Assembly: GCA_050084515.1 (NCBI GenBank)
Contig: CM114271.1
Location: 34,844,001 to 34,908,000 of the forward strand
Reading direction: 5' to 3'
Source of the DNA: Blasia pusilla
Taxonomy: Eukaryota
Length of the DNA stretch: 64,000 nt
The position numbers were made by a program, and so were the translations under genes. Of this stretch, positions 38,016 through 50,400 are shown in pieces; within the stretch, counting starts at the first letter, position 1; every line of letters begins with the position of its first letter. The notes beneath the pieces are model-generated. The model was not told where the DNA came from. It saw only the letters and a program-made list of their open reading frames with translations, and made no database searches.

Positions 38016-40965
38016 TCAATCGAAATCAAGAAATCCTTCACGTCTATGGAAAATCTTGACCCTTTTTCCTGCAATGGGCAGCTTGAGAATCGTGCCATCT
38101 AGTTCACGTAGTTTGTAAGTGGCATTGTCAAAAGCAAAGACTACAAGGTATGGACCAAACCAACGACGTGCAAACTTCTTAATTGTACTATGCTGGTTGT
38201 TGAGGCTGTTGTCGTGCACCAAGACCCAATCTCCTTCTCTTATCGGCTCCTTCCGAAGTCGATGAGTTTTGTCAAAGCGCTCCTTATTTTTCAACCTTGC
38301 TTCCTTCATTTTGACTAAAGCTTCTGTAATATCTTCTTCCCGCCGCTCTAGCTAATGCATTCGAAGTGCTAAGAGCTCTTCCCTATCGAGCCCGTCTTCC
38401 CACGGCAAACCCATCCAAGTGGGTATATCTCCTTCTGCTGGCATAATCGGCTTTTGACCTGTCATCAACTCTGTAGGCATGAACCCTGTAACGGTGCTGT
38501 GAGTGGTTCTATCAGCCCATAAAGCAAATGGAAGTAATCTAGGCCAATGAGCATAACGATCTCCACACGCCTTTACCAATGCTTGAATGATTAGTGGATG
38601 TCCCCTTTCGCTCTTGCCGTTTGCCTCCAGATTCATGGAGGTTGTTAATCTCAATTGGACTCCATATCTCTTGAAGAACTCTCGTGCTTCCTCCGCATTC
38701 AACTCACCTCTATCTGCACGGATTCTCCCGACACTCCCATATCGAGCAACAAAAATCCTCTAGAATAAAATGACATATAGGCTCTGTTGTTTTAGCCCGT
38801 AAAGCCCTTCCTTCTACAAAGTTGGACAACTCTTCTCGTGCTAGGACCAGGTAACGCATTCCCCAAAGACCTAGTGGCATAGCAACTAGATCTATAACCC
38901 ATTGATGATGAAGAGACAAAGGATACGTGGGTTTAAGTCCATCTCTCACCCTGATTTTTGATTGAAACTGACATTCAACACACGACCCAACATATCTCTC
39001 AACATCCTTATATAGGCCTTTCCACCAATACCTCTCTTTTATCTTGGTGAAAGTTGCCCAAGTACCTCTGTGACCTGCCCATAAAGAATTGTGGAATTCT
39101 TTGAGCACTTGCATTTTTGTCCCATTGTCATCCACCACCCTCAAGGGCATTCCATCTTTCCTCTTTGGCCTTTTCCAAAGATACCCATCTTGTAGTAGAT
39201 AACCATACGCCTTATGCCGAATCTCCTCGAAGAACTTGTCTGTCCATCCTCCGTCTCTTTGCAGAGTGCTTAAATAGCGCCCAATTTCTTTTAACCTACC
39301 CTCATACAAATTCTCTTTGAAGGCTAGGACATCCTCTATGCCACCTCGTTCTTGAGATAACACTTGCCACACATGTACATCATCCTCATCTATCTCAATT
39401 TCCTCCATATCTTCTTCTTGACTAAATCTAGCTCTAGACAACATGTCAGCTACTGAGTTCTCTTTCCCAGCTATATGCTTCAATTGTGGATTCAAGGACC
39501 TAATGTAGGCTATCCAACGTAGCATGGCTATATCTGGAATCGTACAATTCGCAATCATACCCAACAGAGGTAGACAATCAACCTCAAGCAATACATAGGC
39601 TCCCATAAGATACTCCTTCTCAGCTTTCATTGCAGTTACAACTCCCCAAAGCTCCCTCTTTACCTGAGGATACCTCCTTTGTCGTTCCGTGAGTGTACGA
39701 GCTCCAAACCTTGTTGCAAATCTTCTTCCTTCCGCGTCATCCTGCCCAACTGCCCACCCGATAGCAATAAGGCTAATGTCCACTGTGATGATAATAGGTC
39801 TTCCGCATTTGTAGCTCATTTGTCGTAGAACTGGTGGCAACTTCAATGCCTCCTTCAACTGCATCATTGGTGCTCTTTGCTTCTTCTCCCAAGTGAACTT
39901 CTTCTTCTTTCTCAACAACTCATACAAAGGATCAGATATGTGGCCAAAATGAGGAATCCACACTTGATAGAACACACAAGCTCCTAAAAACCTTCTCACT
40001 TCGGTGACGTTTTCGCATTCTCGTATCCTCCCAATGACATCAACTTTTGCTGGATCTCGTTTTTGGCCAAAATCTCCACAAAGATGATCCACTACCACAA
40101 TTTGAGGAACCCCAAAGCTACACTTTTCTCCAGAAAGAGTAAGATTGACCTCTTCTAGTCTTGTTAGGATCATATCCACATCACGAATATGATCAGACAC
40201 AAACTTTCTACACCCATATTTCACAACCCTCTCAATCCTATCTTCTATAGCACACCCCTTTATAGGAATATCATCTACAAAAGGAATGGTTTTCTCAGGA
40301 ATGAACTCTCTCAAGATCTTATTCATTGCACTCTGCATGTGAGCGACAGAATTTGTTGCTCCTTGAGGTAATGTGCACATTATTACAAGCCCAAGTGGAG
40401 TGCCCATAGTGGTAATATCTCTACTCTCTGTAGCTAAATGGAATTGATCATATCCCGAGTGCAAATCTCCTATAGAATAGATAGCACGGGTTGCAAAAGC
40501 TTCTGCGACTTCATCTATTCTAAGCCCCGCTCCCATATTTCGAATGGTTACCTTATTTGCCGATTGCATATCTTGAATGATCCCGAGAGCTCCTGATTTC
40601 TTCGGCACAATGAACCATCGACTCGAGTAAGGCCCCATAGATGGCTCTAAGATACCCATCTGCATCTTCTCCTTCAATAACTCAATCAGCTTGGGAATCA
40701 TAGCTCGTGGTACTGGTATGGGTTTCAAATCCCAAGGTGCATGCGGAACTGTGAAAATTACCATCGGTGCTACCACACTCGTGTCTACACAACCAATTTC
40801 TTGTGTAGTAAAAGAGAAAGCCTGACCATGTCTCCTTAACATCTCCCGAAAGCTTTTTCTTTCAATTTCTGTGAGAAACTCATCCCCTCCGATTTGCAAA
40901 CGATCTAGTGTCTCTTCTGTGAACTTGTGTCCTATCTTCTTGACATCCCGCAGACTTGGCTCCAT
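38016..40965 (-). mobile_element. Ty3/Gypsy family A pol (RT-RNaseH-integrase), 5'-truncated, with frameshift and stop in the integrase
   Basis: 751-aa ORF with LPQGATNS, FVDD, VRRFLG, RRYPQVKRELWGV, NSVADMLSR and HNSLWAGH..CVEC. Downstream ORFs carry NGKSER, ALWADRTT and RRWFGPY. Domain order is RT-RH-IN. gag and PR are missing because the sequence switches to a family B LTR at ~40990. Confidence 0.92.
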
Positions 40966-43900
40966 TGATGCACCTTCTACTTATCTCCAATAAAGTAAGA
41001 TCCAATCTCTCTCTCTATACCATCTCACAACACAGCTCTCAAAGGTGTGCACTCTCTCTTATGTCAAACCAAACCCACTCTCCTAATGAGAGGCTTGGGT
41101 TACACTCACAAGGCAAGGGACCATAGCTCCGCCGCCTTATGCCAAGAGGTTCAACAAAGAGAGAAGGAGCTCTCAAGCTCTCTCTCTCTCTCTCTCTCTC
41201 TTGGAAGTATACCCCCCTTCCCTCTCCCAAGACCTCTCAACGATAACCTATGCTCGTAGGTCACCTCCTTGGCTCTTGACCTGATGTAGCGGGTCAAGGG
41301 CCACTTCCCAAAGTGGAAAGTCAACTATCCCAACATGGAAACTTACCGAAATAGTAAGTTTCTCTATATGGCTCCAAATGAGTCGAAACGAAGGGGAAAC
41401 CTGCTCTCTCAAGTTTCCCGGGGCCTCAACAGGTCATCCTCAACCTCTTGGGCCTATCCTCCACTACTCGTGCAGACGCTCTGCTAGATCCCACCGATCT
41501 ATCCTAACAGTCGTGACAACTATCGTGCGCATACACATCGCTGTCATCGAACACATACACAAACACATACGATGCCATGCTAACTCATGGCATCCATACA
41601 AAGAGGCGAGAAGTACCAAAATATCTCCAATCGCCCCCTTAGCTGGTGGTTAGGTTCCTCTAACTCCCAATAGCCATCTATCCCTACCTACCATGACATA
41701 CATCTCTAAGACGCTAAGACCAAAAAGGTCGGGTGCTCATGTGGCCCCATCGTTAGTCGCCTTCCTGTCATCCATGTCACAAAAAAATTCGGAATTGAAA
41801 CCTACCTAGTATCTCCTCTATGTACATCTGGGACACATCCATCGTCCTCGAGGAACCCCAGTGAGAGATGGCGTCAGGCATGCCATATGCCAACCTCTCG
41901 AACATCCATCACCAGCATCGTGGCCGCACTACGAGCAGAACCACACAGCATACAGCGCAAGCCTGCAGGAACTACTGTTGAGCTCGGATCTATTGTACCA
42001 TCAATATTAGGAAGGTGACATGATGCACAATTATGCACATGGTCCTTCCATACCATACCATCGCGTCCCTCTGGCAATCGCCAAGTTCTCGAAAGCCATG
42101 GGCATCACTCTCCGAAACAACTCAGCCCTCTGAGAACGTGCTTGCATCCATACATCTAGGTCATCAAGGTCCAGCACCTCACCAACATCTCGACAAATGG
42201 CCGTAGGTAAATCTGGCTCTCGGCCATAAAGTAGCAAGTACGGTGAAAAAGACGCTAAGGATGCCTGCTTGCTGACTTTGTATCCCATCGCCAACCACGA
42301 CAACTGGAGGTCCCAATCTCCTAGCTGACCTCTCTGTAAGCCATACTTGCGTAAACCCCTCTTCACCGTCTGCACAACTCTCTCCGCTAATCCATCCGCC
42401 TCAGGACGATCTCGCAAAGTCGGGCGGTGGTCAATCAGCGCCTGATCACACAAGGCTTGGAACTCACCGCAAAACTCCGTACCCTGGTCTGTCAACACCT
42501 CAGCCGATGCACCATAATGACTCAGTACTCTGTTAAGGAAGGCATAAGCTACTCCCTCACTCGCTTTGTCAGAAAATCAACCAACTCAATCTACTTTGAG
42601 AAGTGCTCGACCATCACCAACACATAACGACTGTGACGCTCCGTAAAAGGCAAAGGTCCTGCAAAATCCAAACTCCATCTATACCCTAAGCCCATGATCA
42701 GTAATGGATGCAACTTTGGAGTCGGAGCATTGAACGATGCTCGGACCCGATCACACACCATGCACCTAGCAACAAACTGTTGAACGTCAGTCTGCATGCC
42801 TCGCCATCAATACTGAATCTGGAGCAAGCTGTACGTCCGCTTCACCCCAAAGTGACCCAACTCCTCGTAGGCATGGTGCACTAGTCGTACTCTCTGCTAG
42901 GGATGTAGCACTACGCGTACTCTACCATCCTCCCAAACCCTCAAAACATGTGTCCCCTCCCAATGGAACTGTCTGGCCCGCTATAGGATCCGATCCCGCT
43001 CTCTAGCACCCACGGTGCTCACAACACTGCCAGTACGAAGGTACTCCAAGACTACTCCATCATCATGAATATCTCAGCCACCTGTTGTCTCCTCATTAGC
43101 CTCGGGATCCAAGGACTCTCCACTAGACCTCGCCATCAAAGTCTCCACACTCTGGCTCTCCATAGCCAACATGCCTAAATAGGTTGACGCGTGCCATCCT
43201 GACACTGACTTCTCATCACTCTCTCCATGCCATCGAGCTCCAGTCGCATCTCATTGACTCAAGCATGGGTTACGACTCAACCCATCTGCATCTTGGTTGA
43301 ACGTCCTAGGTCTATGTACCACATGAAAATCATACTCCTGCAACAACAGAGCCTATCTCGCAAGCTTCCCTCTAAGCTTTTCGGACTCCATCAACCACTT
43401 CAGTGGTTGATGACCAGTAATGATGGTAAAGGGATTGCCGAATAAGTAACACCTGAAATGCGCGACAATCCACACTGTTGCCAAGCACTCACCCTCATAC
43501 GAGATGTACTTTGCCTTTGCAGAGTTGTTCGAGCGGCTAGCATAAGCCACCACAAACTCTCTACTCTCATCATCATACTGGGTGAGCACCGCTCCAAGCC
43601 CTAACATGCTCCAATCAGTGTGCGACTGGAAAGGACGCCCCCTGATCGGCCTCCTCAAGATGCGCGCGGACGTCAATCTATCCTTGAGCAACTGAAATGC
43701 TCGCTCTTGCTCATCCCCCTAGTGCCGCTTGTGATCCACCTTGGTCAGCAAGGTTAGCGGCTTCGCAATCAAACTGAATCCCTTGACGTACCGCCAATAG
43801 AAGTTTGCCAATCCCATGAATGGGCAAACACGACTCACATCTGTAGGGCGTGGAATGCATGAGATAGCCTCTACCTTCGTCTACTGAATACCAAGGCTCC

Positions 43901-45049
43901 TTGGGTATTTCGTATGACCCAAATACTCAATCTGGTCATAGAAGAACTTGCACTTGCCTGGATATAGCTTCAGCCCATGTAATTGCAATCATCGAAACAC
44001 CTCCTCTAGATGTCGCTCATGCTCCTTAACCGTGGCGCTAAAGACTATGATGTCATCAATATAACACCTAGCAAAATCCAGACTTGCCAAGATCCTATCC
44101 GTGACCCTTTGAAACTCAACCGAGGTGTTCTTTAACCCAAATGGTAAGAACCGCCACTTGTACAAACAATCCTTCCCGTGAGGATCGATGCCCCTAAATG
44201 TTGTCTTCTGCCTATCCTCCAATCTGATAGGCATCTGATGGGATCCAACTTGCAAATCCAATGAATTGAAGACCTTTGCATGACCAATTGCATCAAAGAT
44301 CTCCTCAAGGGAGGGCATGGCATACCTCTCGGACTTCATCTGCCGATTGATAGGTCGGTAATCCCCACACATCCGCCTATCCGTCCAATTGCCATGCACA
44401 TCCTTCTTGGTGGGCATGACATTGGTAGATGCATACTCCCCATACGACCCTCTCCACTAGTCCTGCTCCGACCAAGTCCTGGCTCCTACTCTGAATCAGA
44501 GCCCTCTCCATATCACTATACCTATAGGGTCGTCGGAAGATCAGCGTATGACTCGACAACTCAATGCGGATCCCTGGTCCTTTCAGCGTACCCAATTCCT
44601 CCATGCTAAATGCAAATCAGCTCATATAACTCCTGAGGAACTAATGTATCCGGCGCCGCTCTCCTCCTGTCAACTTAGGGCCCATATCTGGCTCCAAAGT
44701 CTCCATCGTGACTACAGTAGGACTCTCTGGCGCGGGTATTGGTGGTTGCTATGGTGCAAACCTGTCTCAAACAACAACACTTGGCCGCTCTCCTGCAACT
44801 AATTGCAAACTTTGATCTCCTCCACGTGCAGTGCTCGGAACCATGCTCGATGTTGTGGCTATCATCTCTTGGCATACGTGCAAAACATCCCAAGAAGTCC
44901 AAGGGTGTCCCTCCCAATCTCCCCTGGTGTGTAGATCTCCTCGGGTCTCACCCCCAGCAGCTGCCTCCACCGTCTCGGTAGGCATGGGGCTCACCAACGC
45001 AACCGCTGTGATCTGTCGTGATCTCATACGGCGCTGCTCAACCACTCCC

Positions 45050-46000
45050 AAATTGAGGATCCATGTCAAGCAGTTTAGGTCCATGGCTTGACCCAAGACA
45101 TGGCGTCGTGATGCCTCTGACGATAGTGATGGTACTACCGTCACTCTTGTGGGAAATCCCATCGCTCGCTCTGTCTCGTTGGCGTTGGGCTCCACCAACA
45201 GTTGAACCTGGTCATCCGAAACCAAGCTAGGGCTGGCCTTCTTTTATGCATAGGAAGCGGGAAAACTCACAAATGTGGGCAAGGCTGCCCGCGTATGCCA
45301 ACACTGTTGACCACAGTCAACAGTGTTCGATCATCGTGCCTCACTAAGTGTGATCGACAACTTGGATCCAGAATGGAATCCACTAACAAATGGGAGGGGC
45401 GCTCCACTCTCGGATACGCCCTCTGTAACACCGCATGGGCCACCAAGTTGGTCCACCATAAACGTGGGCGATGGGCTCTAGAACCTATCCTCGCCGCATC
45501 CAAAAATATTTTTTGGCCGATCTAGGCACAAACTTGATGAGCACTTGTCACTACCCGTGACCTGGAGTCTCCTAAGATCGGCACATTCTCCAGAATGTAG
45601 GTTGGAGAATGAGATTGGTGCTCCTGCAACTGCCGTAAGACCCTCAACATCTCCCAAAACAACCTGGACCGAGTGTCAGCCAACCCGCTGCCTCATCCAA
45701 CACTCGATTGGCCCTGACATGGCCAACCGGAAATGACCAAAATAATGGTCTCTACCCGCTCTAAGTCCTACGCCCCCAGCAACAAAATATCCCTCGGTAG
45801 GGAACTTTGGTACCCCTGTACCGCGGACGCAGACAATAAGTTGGGAAAACGGAGGCATAACTGCGCCACATGTCATAGTGAGACACGCCTCGCAACATCA
45901 TTACTCTCCACATATAAGTATTGTTGTACTCGCACTGTTGCCTGCAAAACAAGAGCTAACTCGGTGCTAATTCTTCCAAAGAGATCTAACACTCGAATAC
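45050..46000 (-). pseudogene. DNMT3-like C5-cytosine DNA methyltransferase domain inside the pol of family B copy 1
   Basis: Motif I IRVLDLFGRIST, motif II YVE, motif IV LVISGWPCQGQS (catalytic PC at 45717-45722), motif VI YILENV (45582-45590), motif VIII AHRPRLWWTNL, motifs IX/X ETERAMGFP..SRRHVLGQAMDL. Interrupted by stops and frameshifts. Confidence 0.9.
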
Positions 46001-46787
46001 CCTCCTCCGAGGTACACCACACAATGGGTGTGGTATCCAAGGGTGTCATCATAGCACTCCTTGCTACCTTGGGTTCCTGAGACCCGTCACGCTCCGATGC
46101 AAATGCCTCGCTCCACGCGGTCAACACGTGCTCATCTGCCAATTGTCGAAGCTCCTTAGTCGAGCCCCACAGCGGCACCTCTCCTCCACGGAATGATGTA
46201 GCTACCATAACACTCCTCTCCATAGAAATGTCAGGAATGGCAGTATCCTCTGCATGGACATGTCCCTCAATCAAATCACTAGGCCAAGTGATGGCACTAC
46301 TAAATGCTGCTAAGGTCGTCATCTTTCCTGGCTCTTGCTCGATCACTGCACCTGTGAATCGAACGGATAATGAGCTAAGGCGCCCATCACCTGACTCCCA
46401 TCCTGGTCTGTAGGATGTTGACTCCTCCCAGTAATCCACAGAAAATCCCATCGGGTATAACACTGCTCCACCAACCAAGACGTCGAAGGACTCTTCATCA
46501 GTCAATATCGCCTTGGCTCGCACCACGGACTCATCTATAGGATATCCCGGGTGAATCCTCACCATGACCTCATGTCGGGAGATATACTGTGTGGTACTCG
46601 CTCCACCCAAGGATGTATGTATCCGGAATGGACAACGCTCCACATCGACTCTCGTCAAGCCCAACTCTCTAAATGACGCTTTCCCCAACATCAGGGGTTG
46701 CGCTCTTCAATCCAACAAGACGCGCTGCGGACTAAAAGCTCTACCTCCAGGACTCACCAAGTGGAAGACCTCTCCTCGGTTATCCAA

Positions 46788-47433
46788 CAACACAACTCCA
46801 AGAGAAGCCATGGCATGCTCTATCGCGGGTCTAGCGGGCATCTCCGCCATCCTTGCAGTCGCAGCCTGCCATGAATCTCACGTGGACGCCCCGAGCATCC
46901 GCTCCAAGGGCAGGTCCATCACCTCCTCTACAATCAACTCTAAATGTGATGCAGGAACTCCAACTCTACGCTCACATAGTGAAGCGACCACCAAAAAAAG
47001 CCTCGACGGCGCTACCCCCAACGTCATAACATCAGAAGCAGAAAATAAAGGAGTGCGGTACACAACGATGGCCGCCCCAAAGAACGTGCTTGACACATGC
47101 CCCTCATGAGCAACACAACTCCAAGAGAAGCCATGGCATGCTCTATCGCGGGTCTAGCGGGCATCTCCGCCATCCTTGCAGCCGCAGCCTGCCATGAATC
47201 TCACGTGGACGCCCCGAGCATCCGCTCCAAGGGCAGGTCCATCACCTCCTCTGCAATCAACTCTAAATGTGATGCAGGAACTCCAACTCTACGCTCACAT
47301 AGTGAAGCAGCCAGCCAAAAAGCCTCGACGGGCGTACCCCCCAACGTCATAACATCAGAAGCAGAAAATAAAGGAGTGCGGTACACAACGATGGCCGCCC
47401 CAAAGAACGTGCTTGACACATGCCCCTCATGAG
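46788..47433. repeat. 323-bp tandem duplication in the gag-protease region of family B copy 1
   Basis: caacacaactccaagagaagccatgg...gacacatgcccctcatgag occurs at 46788-47110 and 47111-47433. The ORF track shows near-identical ORFs. Copy 2 has only one unit. Confidence 0.92.
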
Positions 47434-50400
47434 CATAAACAAAGGAGTCGTCGCACTCGCTTCTCCCATCGCCCTCCGTGCCTGCACACCAACAACATCA
47501 CTAACTCTCCAGGAACTTTGATGAGGACCCATCGATGGGGTCGTCATTGCTTCGGACAACGTGAAAGACTAAGGAAGCCTAGTCTCTTTTCTGGCTTCCC
47601 CTCGCTATGGATCCAACTCTGCGGCTACTCCACCCATCACAATTGCGGCGGCCTCCATCTGGGAAACCGTGCACATCCAACAAGGATCCTCCATATCTCT
47701 GGCTGCTCCATATGATGTCGATGCCACGGATCCGACATCAGGTAACCTCAATGCCATAGCGGCAATCTGCTCATGTAGCTGTTGTATCTGAGCAGCCATC
47801 CTAGCCTCACGTCCGACGTCTCCCTCGGCGCGTCTAGGTGGTGGTACTCTATCTCCTCCACGGGCAGCTCCACCACCCTATCGAGCAACTCTAGCTCCTT
47901 GTCCCCCAACGGGACCACCTGGTGCACGATCTCTAGGCTCATCCCGACCGGCTACTCACTTTGGTGCCCTCTCTGGCCCTCGGTCCGGACGTAACTCAGG
48001 ATGTAAATTGAAACACATGGCGTGTGTATCACCATACCTCTAACAATAGTCACACAGATAACCTCCTGGTGCAGCACCATCTCCTCCTCCATGGTTGAGG
48101 CACACGTCCATAACCCCAAGGAGTGCAATCGCGCTGATGATGGGCTCCACCACATGACCAAAAAGTAATAGTAGGCGGCTGCTATTGAGCCGCATATGAA
48201 GGCGCACGTCTCTGTGGAACCGCCTCCTGGTATCCTCCTTGAGCTCATGGTGCCATTGTCGACCAATCTTGGAGTCCACGTTGCTACACAAGTGGTGCAG
48301 CCAATCGTGACTACTCTCGCCCAGAACCCATGGTGGCTATGCTCTCCTCCGCCATGTTGCACTCAATATTCTTCCTAAAAACATCTCTCAACGTAGGGGA
48401 GGTGTTCATAAGAAGCACCCCCTCCCGCACCCGTGTCCACAGGGTCAAGTCCAGCATTGCGTACCATGATTGGATAGCCTAAGCCTCTATCACCCCCTAA
48501 GAGACGTTGATCAACCGGCGCAAGCGAGTGTAAGCTTCACGCAAAATCTCACCTGGGCGCCTCTGGAAGTCGTGGCTACTCTCCAACTTCTTCGTCCGTA
48601 CCCCTTGGTAGCTCGCCCTCAACTCGGCAAAGAACTCAACCACAGGGTTGAACTTGGGACGAACCAAACAAGACGGTACAACTGCTCTAGTGCAAGTGAC
48701 CCCTCCTAAAATATCACTAGTGGAAGAGGAAGTAGCCTCTCCTAACTCCTCCTCCTCATCTGGGAACGGATCCGTCCATGACACATAATATGGGTCATAG
48801 TAGAGCCTCCACGTCTCGATCTCACCTGCATATCTCTAAGAGAACTCATGGTAATCGTCCATGGGCACCCCCTCTAAATGCTAGAACATACCGTTCCATG
48901 CTGTTAACGGGTTAAACTCTCTAGAGTTCCTAGCCCGCTGGGAGTCGCACGAACTCCTAAGCCCTGCTATGAAATCATGCAACTCAATCGTGCCTACGGC
49001 ACCTAAAAATCTACGCGGTCCTCTACCCCGATCATCCATCTCGTACGCCCAACTGGTAGGACCACTCACAATGTGTGGCGATGTGCTCACAAACTCCTCT
49101 ACACCCTCCCCCTTGTCTGACGATGAAACAGTAGGAGGTCGAGGTGGAGATCCTCAGAACCTCGCGCCACTCCGCGTAAAACCTCCAGAGCTACTCTCGG
49201 GTTCACCACCTTGCCTCTCAAAGTCCCGAACGGACGCCGTGATGACCCCGTGCCCCTCTCACCCGATCACTCTCAACCTCGCAAGTAATCCCTCAATCAC
49301 TCATCCCAAACATGCGGCACTCGATCTACACTCTCCTTCCCCGAGACGTGTAACGTGTAGCAACACGCGGCGTGGTGCGGCAAATCGACCAAGGCTATCA
49401 TCTCATCGCCAACCTACCCTAAACTCCGGACATCCCACACAGGTCTATGTCCCCTAAACCACATACATGAATGATGCTCTCAGCATCCACACAACCCAAT
49501 ATCCCCAAATAAACTACCCAAATCCCATAATCCCTCACACGTGCAGAGTAAAGGACCAGAATGGGTAACTTGAACATATTTTGGTGTCGCTCCTCAAAAA
49601 ATAAAAATCTCGACCCCAACTCGGTCGTGAAGATAACTTTTCTAATCAGCAAGTCGTACTCCTCTCGTACTGACGCTGCTCAACCTCCTTGATGTGCAGT
49701 GCGGGTCGAGCGGTCGGGTGTGGCATTGGCGGCATGGAACGGCTAAAAACAGCGCGGCACTCAGGAATAGGGGGCGGCACTCGGCGGCATACCCTCCTCA
49801 ATCAGCAATTCACACGCTCTGCTCCTTAGTGAAGGAGCGATTGCGCGATCGAGACAGTGAGGTGCGGCCACGAGCGGCACGGCGCAGCAATCGGCGACAC
49901 ATTGTGGCTACGGGCGTCACGGCACGGTTCTCGATCATTGTCAAGCGGCTAGCAATCACAACAAAGCAACATGAAATCAAAACTCAAACACCATAACCGG
50001 AGGTCATGTGCCATCACTAGTTGATGACGACACTGCGATGACGATGGCGGCCAAAACAAAGTACATGGTGGCGAAGCAAGTAAGAGAATCAACGAACGTC
50101 GTGGAAGACCCTCCACTCGGTAATGGCGGCAATGGAAACGGACGGTGGACCATTGACGGTGATGGTTGACCATCTATGGTAGACCGTTGACGATGACTAT
50201 GACGGAGACGGCTGGTTTAGGGTTTGAACAATTTAACTCCAAAAATCACCTAGCAATGGCAATTTTGCAAGATTGATCATAACTTTTTGCTTGCAACTCC
50301 AAATTGCACACTATTTATTGCACAACGTGCACAGCATCATGATCTACAATAGCATTAAAAAATATTTAGAATCAAACATTTTTGTAAAAACTGACGGGGA

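Noticed and set aside
45050-46000. MTase as a host DRM/DNMT3 gene or a bacterial restriction-modification contaminant
   Set aside because: It is intronless, in frame with the protease, embedded in pol in both copies, has non-permuted motif order (DRM is permuted), and has no cognate restriction gene or bacterial context.
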